Both the position numbers and the translations under genes were made by a program. 64,000 nt of DNA from sequence record OP292654.1; one strand, given 5' to 3'. A model generated the notes under the pieces. That model had not been told where the DNA came from, searched no databases, and saw only the letters and a list, made by a program, of their open reading frames with translations. Shown here one piece after another: positions 59,257 through 64,000 of the stretch. Numbering within the stretch: the first letter of the stretch is position 1; each line of letters starts with the position of its first letter.

Positions 59257-60210
59257 ATGACCACTCTATGGACAGAAAAGTATCGCCCAGGAACCGTTGA
59301 TGAATATGTGTTTAAGAATCCAGCATTCAAGCAGAAAATGTTAGAGTGGATTGAAACTGGTGAAATTCCACATATTGGATTCTTTGGTCCAGCAGGTACT
59401 GGTAAAACTACAGCTATTAAAGTATTAATTAATGGTCTTGTAGAGAATGGATTCGTTGATCCTTCAGACGTGACAACACTAAACATGTCAGATGAAGGTA
59501 TGGACGCAGTACGTGAAAAGATTGATGCTGCTGCTCGTCTAAGTGCTTTTGGTGATTATCGTATCTTCGTATTAGAAGAAATGGAACAAATGGGTCAAAA
59601 AGCTCAAGGTTCACTAAAACGTATTATGGAAGACTATCACGAGAATGCTCGTTTTATTCTAACATCAAATGAACAACACAAAATCCTTAAACCGATTTTG
59701 TCTCGTGTACAAAGTATTGTAATCGAGAAACATGATCAGGATGATTTCACTACTCGTATCATTGAAATTCTATTGGCTGAAGGTGTAGAACTGGATTCTG
59801 AAGAAAGTCTAGATTTAGTGAATAAGTACATTAAATGTACATTCCCTGATTTCCGTAAAACCTTAAACACGTTGCAAAGCTCCGTAGTAAAAGGTAAACT
59901 AGTTAAGCTTGAAGATTCAATTGATAGTACTGCGAGTTATCGTGCTGCTATTATTGATGCTCTTGAGGCTGGTAATATTCGTCAGATGCGTGAGCAAATT
60001 GTACAGAACATTCCAGAAGATGAAATTGATGGCTTCTTTTCGTTCCTGTACCGTAACGTAGATATGTTCACGAAAGATGAAATCAAAGAAATGAAGATCA
60101 AAGTGAAGATTCGTGATGCTGTGGTAAAACAAGCTTCCGTTTCTGACCGCGAGATGAACCTATCAGCATTACTATGTGAAGTGGATTTGATCTGTAACGA
60201 CCAAATGTAA
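59257..60210 (+). CDS. 44: Clamp loader large subunit (gp44/RFC-like AAA+)
   Basis: LWTEKYRP, GPAGTGKTT, VLEE, FILTSN, SR and FPDFR. Confidence 0.93.
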   Translation: MTTLWTEKYRPGTVDEYVFKNPAFKQKMLEWIETGEIPHIGFFGPAGTGKTTAIKVLINGLVENGFVDPSDVTTLNMSDEGMDAVREKIDAAARLSAFGDYRIFVLEEMEQMGQKAQGSLKRIMEDYHENARFILTSNEQHKILKPILSRVQSIVIEKHDQDDFTTRIIEILLAEGVELDSEESLDLVNKYIKCTFPDFRKTLNTLQSSVVKGKLVKLEDSIDSTASYRAAIIDALEAGNIRQMREQIVQNIPEDEIDGFFSFLYRNVDMFTKDEIKEMKIKVKIRDAVVKQASVSDREMNLSALLCEVDLICNDQM

Positions 60211-60221
60211 AGGACAAGATA

Positions 60222-60845
60222 ATGTCAAACCAGAAAAAGAAAGCAGTCATCTTAGATTGTGACGAGATTCTACTGAATCATCTAGGCGGCTTTAAGAAGT
60301 ACGTGGAAAAGTACTATGATATTGAAACTGTTGGTGAACCAATGCAGTATAATCTTCAGGATTGGCTACAGTGCGATGGTGAACAGGTTATGGATTTGCT
60401 GAAGAACTTTAACTTCTACAGTGTTGAATTCGGACTACTTGAACCAATGGATATTCATACTGTACCAGCAATGAAAGAACTTCGTCGCGAAAATCCAGAT
60501 GTAGCATTTATTGTGGTTACAAAAAGTGGCACTTTCGGACATGGTGAAGTACTACGAAAAGTTAATCTGATTAACGTATTTGGTGATATTTTTGATGATA
60601 TTATTATCCTCGAAAATTATCAATCGAAACGCAGTACCTATGCTAAACTAAAAGAACAGTATGATATTGTTACTGTTGTAGATGACCATCTGGCAAATAT
60701 TGACGTGGCACAAAGTCTAAATTTAGATACTTTAGTACTGAAATGCTCACACAATGCCGCCAGCATTGATGATCCACGTTATCAGTTCGTGAATGATTGG
60801 GGTCAAATGTTCTTCCACATTACTGAAGCAATCAAAGGGGAGTAA
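60222..60845 (+). CDS. HAD-superfamily hydrolase (5'-nucleotidase-like)
   Basis: ILDCDEIL (DxD), VVT and VVDD motifs. Confidence 0.75.
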   Translation: MSNQKKKAVILDCDEILLNHLGGFKKYVEKYYDIETVGEPMQYNLQDWLQCDGEQVMDLLKNFNFYSVEFGLLEPMDIHTVPAMKELRRENPDVAFIVVTKSGTFGHGEVLRKVNLINVFGDIFDDIIILENYQSKRSTYAKLKEQYDIVTVVDDHLANIDVAQSLNLDTLVLKCSHNAASIDDPRYQFVNDWGQMFFHITEAIKGE

Positions 60846-60860
60846 TCCCCTTTTCTGTTT
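60834..60860 (+). terminator. Intrinsic terminator
   Basis: AAAGGGGA-GTAA-TCCCCTTT. Confidence 0.75.
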
Positions 60861-60924
60861 AGTAAATAAGGTTATATTATTACGATTCTCATACCGAGAA
60901 GTAACCTTAAAGGAAAGATAATAC

Positions 60925-61485
60925 ATGGATAGTTCACAAGCAATTCAAAATCTTTACGATCAAGACGGTTTATTAGATATTCTTCTTGGCGTTGAAGAAT
61001 ATTTTGATAACATGGATTTGTATGCTTATAAGAACTGGATTAATGGTGAAGTTGTTGAGGGGCCGAACGTCTCCAAGTATTGGGTTGAAATTACTCTTAA
61101 ATTCAGCCATGACACATTTCCAGATCCTGTAGCAACAAAGATATTCGAAAAACAAGGAACAAAGATTTTTGTTCGTCCAGATTGGGAAGTTCACCCAATT
61201 GAGCACCCTCGCAGCAACGATGACATGCAAAGCATTCTCGGCAATGCCGCAAACCTGAGTACTCCTAAAGATGAACGTACACCAATTCTATTAGTTAAGT
61301 TCCAGATTCCACGTCGTTTAGTAAACCCTGAAAGTTTCGATGAATACAAATTGATGGCTTCTGATTTCAACAGCAATACAATGAATGAAGATGAAACTGC
61401 GGCTCCTGAGCCACAACCAGAACAACAAGACCAGAACTCTGGTGATGATGATATTCAATTTGACGAACCACAAGGAGGGATGTAA
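60925..61485 (+). CDS. Conserved hypothetical protein
   Basis: ORF with late-type TAAATA at 60863-60868. Confidence 0.75.
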   Translation: MDSSQAIQNLYDQDGLLDILLGVEEYFDNMDLYAYKNWINGEVVEGPNVSKYWVEITLKFSHDTFPDPVATKIFEKQGTKIFVRPDWEVHPIEHPRSNDDMQSILGNAANLSTPKDERTPILLVKFQIPRRLVNPESFDEYKLMASDFNSNTMNEDETAAPEPQPEQQDQNSGDDDIQFDEPQGGM

Positions 61486-62168
61486 TGACTAAGAGAATTT
61501 ACGAAAGAGCATTAAGACCACTAGTATTAAAAGATTTAATTTACCCTATTTTAAGTGTAGATGAATATACTCCAAAAATTGATGAATCAAATATTGTTGT
61601 ATTGTTTCAAGTACTAGACAACTTTGATGCGGCATATGATTTGAGTTCATTCATTGAACGTTCACCAGTAGATGTAATTGATACTGAAGCAGCAGAAACT
61701 CCTAATGTCGATGGGCGTTATCAAGTATTTGTTGAATTTGAACGTAATGGTGAATTCCCAGCTAAACTCATTGAACTAATGAAAAGCATTGAAAACATTT
61801 GTCCAAATCCAGGTTGGAAATTACAGATGTACGGAGTCAATGACCCTATTGACTTAGATGTTGATCAAATTACTAATGACATGGAACTTGTGTCTGAAGA
61901 AGAACTAAAAGAATTCTTCGACTTCGCAGCAGTTAATGTTGAAATTGTAAATGAAAGCATCAAGATTAAAAGTGTTTATGGTACAGAACTACATTATAGT
62001 AAAGGTTCAGGTATTGTTAACGAAACTTATGTAAAAGATTTGTTATCTGATGACATGTCGCTAGATGGCACTCGATTGAGTGCGGTTCTTGGTGAAAATT
62101 ATGATGTACTAAAATCTGGCAATGAATATATTGTTGGTATTAACGGGAAATACGTAGTACTAAGATAA
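61485..62168 (+). CDS. Hypothetical protein
   Basis: TAATG-coupled ORF. Confidence 0.75.
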   Translation: MTKRIYERALRPLVLKDLIYPILSVDEYTPKIDESNIVVLFQVLDNFDAAYDLSSFIERSPVDVIDTEAAETPNVDGRYQVFVEFERNGEFPAKLIELMKSIENICPNPGWKLQMYGVNDPIDLDVDQITNDMELVSEEELKEFFDFAAVNVEIVNESIKIKSVYGTELHYSKGSGIVNETYVKDLLSDDMSLDGTRLSAVLGENYDVLKSGNEYIVGINGKYVVLR

Positions 62169-62962
62169 TGAAAATTTATAATATGTTGATAGCCCTACAC
62201 GAAAGTACAAGGACAGCTATTCATTCAATTGGTAATGTTGGATTAAGTAAGCGTTTATACGTCAGAACTTATGAGATAAACCGTATTGGAAAGAATTACG
62301 ATGATATTAATCGAGATGATGTAAGTACTGAGATGGTTCTAAAAGCATATCTAGCTCGTAAGATATTCATCAATGAGAAGTACCGTAGAGGAAGATTTCT
62401 TATTGATGAAGTTTATGATTCAGAAATAGCTTTTACGAATGGATTGTGGAGAATCTTCTGTATGGAAGTGTTCGGTCAGATGATGCCTGAACTACCAGTA
62501 CCGACAACATATGATGAACTACAACACATAATTGATAACAAAGCTGTATATATGGATTTCCAGTTATACAAAACTGTGAAAGAAGCAGTTATCCACAATC
62601 AGATTGTGGATTCTGATATGTGTGTAAGTATTCGTGATTTTGATTTATTTTGTTCTTTACCTGGCATCCCAGGCTGGACTTCAGTACAACATGGTGCTAG
62701 TCTTGTAGATGGAAGAACTGAAGCTCCACAGAGGTTGATACAGGCAAGCTTGGGGATGTACAGATATGATTATCTGAAGTGTCCTGAGCCGTATGAAAAC
62801 TTCTGGAAAGAGAGAGCGATGCAAGCTTTACAAAAAGCAGTTGCTATTCTCAGTGGAACGTATATACTAAAATTTAGAAATGGAACCATGTATGACTTAA
62901 CTCCCACGCCGGAACAGTTCATACCAGTATCAGAATTCCATTGGAACATTAAAAGGACGTAA
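62168..62962 (+). CDS. Hypothetical protein
   Basis: TAATG-coupled ORF. Confidence 0.75.
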   Translation: MKIYNMLIALHESTRTAIHSIGNVGLSKRLYVRTYEINRIGKNYDDINRDDVSTEMVLKAYLARKIFINEKYRRGRFLIDEVYDSEIAFTNGLWRIFCMEVFGQMMPELPVPTTYDELQHIIDNKAVYMDFQLYKTVKEAVIHNQIVDSDMCVSIRDFDLFCSLPGIPGWTSVQHGASLVDGRTEAPQRLIQASLGMYRYDYLKCPEPYENFWKERAMQALQKAVAILSGTYILKFRNGTMYDLTPTPEQFIPVSEFHWNIKRT

Positions 62963-62982
62963 TTTCGTCCTTTTTTCGTTTT
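62951..62982 (+). terminator. Intrinsic terminator
   Basis: AAAAGGACG-TAATTT-CGTCCTTTT-TT. Confidence 0.75.
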
Positions 62983-62987
62983 TGTCC

Positions 62988-63016
62988 TTGACAGGCCGAA
63001 AATCTTGCTGTAGAAT
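62988..63016 (+). promoter_or_regulatory. Host sigma70-type early promoter TTGACA-N17-TAGAAT
   Basis: Perfect -35, near-perfect -10, 17-nt spacer. Confidence 0.8.
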
Positions 63017-63071
63017 CACCCACATGAATTTGGAAATTCATGTTTTAAGTTAATCACAAAAAGGAAAGAAA

Positions 63072-63710
63072 ATGAGTACTGTACTATTCGTATACACCGA
63101 AGGCGTTACATATAAAGCAACCAACGTTACCTCCATTACTCATGACGAGTCTACGGTAGAGTATGCTCAGACTGTCTTGAACGAGTCTGGTACTGTGGGT
63201 GGTGTTAACCTTCGTGCTGTAGACAAATCCGATCTGCTGTATGCTGTAGTTCGCAACACTGAAACTGGTGAAGTGACTATCATCCCAGGTCTGTACGATA
63301 GCTTTGACGTAGTTCCAAAAGGTGAATCTGTTCGTCGTCAGACTAACATTGAAGCTGAAGCTGCTCGTGTCGCTGCTTATCGTGCTGAACAAGCTCCTGC
63401 TCGTGAAGCAAAAGAACAAGCTAAGTACGAAGCTCGTCGTGCTAAACGCAAAGCTGCGTATACTGGTACTGCTAATATCGTTCACGAAGAAGCAGATGAA
63501 CCAGAAAATGTAGATGTAGAAGTTACTACTAATCCTGTAATTGAAGTACAAGAAGTACAGGTAGAAACCACTTCTCCTGCTGAAACCACCGCATCAACTC
63601 CAACCGCTAAAGGTACTCGCAAGTCAGTTAATGTTCTCGAACAACTGAAAGCTGCTGGTATTTCTGAAGACGATTTGGCTCAACTGCGTGCTTTAGGCAT
63701 CCTGCGTTAA
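63072..63710 (+). CDS. Hypothetical early protein
   Basis: Downstream of a sigma70 promoter; host-like codons. Confidence 0.75.
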   Translation: MSTVLFVYTEGVTYKATNVTSITHDESTVEYAQTVLNESGTVGGVNLRAVDKSDLLYAVVRNTETGEVTIIPGLYDSFDVVPKGESVRRQTNIEAEAARVAAYRAEQAPAREAKEQAKYEARRAKRKAAYTGTANIVHEEADEPENVDVEVTTNPVIEVQEVQVETTSPAETTASTPTAKGTRKSVNVLEQLKAAGISEDDLAQLRALGILR

Positions 63711-63742
63711 TAAACAATCAATAACAAAGAGGTAAAATAATA

Positions 63743-63943
63743 ATGCAATCTGGAAAATACATCGTCGGTAGTATCGACAAAAACACTGGTCGTTTTTCTG
63801 CGTCTGCTACTCCTAAAGAGCACATGTCTCTGACTGTTGCTAAAGGTGAAGCGGCACGTCTCGCTCAAGAGAACACCGACAAAGATTTCGTCGTACTGAA
63901 AGTTGAAGCAATCGCCTCGATTGCTAAAATTTCCTGGCGTTAA
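63743..63943 (+). CDS. Small hypothetical early protein
   Basis: GAGG RBS; AKGEAARLAQE..DKDFVVLK motif common in small phage proteins. Confidence 0.7.
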   Translation: MQSGKYIVGSIDKNTGRFSASATPKEHMSLTVAKGEAARLAQENTDKDFVVLKVEAIASIAKISWR

Positions 63944-64000
63944 TCATTTTGGGGTGCTATAATGCACCCCAGCCTATTAATTTAACTGCGAGATAATGAA

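Overview
AT-rich 64-kb segment of a large lytic T4-related (jumbo) myovirus, most resembling the Rak2/GAP32/121Q-type enterobacterial jumbo phages. That assignment is by recognition of gene content, not by database search. The window is densely coding, mostly on the + strand. It carries a replisome (B-family polymerase, clamp, both clamp-loader subunits, SSB, primase, helicase, RNase H), recombination genes (UvsX/Y/W, Dda), terminase large subunit, NrdAB, DHFR, a two-subunit type II topoisomerase, a tail fibre with chaperone, many putative virion proteins and host-like genes (IF3, YggL-like, two GroES-like). No tRNA, rRNA, CRISPR array, IS element, intron or intein was seen. Top leads: (1) a minimal DnaE/PolIII-alpha catalytic core split into two genes 34 kb apart, breaking at contiguous DnaE residues and keeping all three catalytic Asp; (2) a predicted ATPase-dead terminase paralog directly upstream of TerL; (3) a tandem pair of T4-holin-like membrane/GAF proteins; (4) two paralogous late HExxH metalloprotease-like proteins; (5) a phage-specific promoter class TGRAAY-N17-TATAAT (12 copies); (6) strong over-representation of the palindrome AGTACT. 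Functional calls come from remembered family motifs and should be confirmed by HMM or structure searches.
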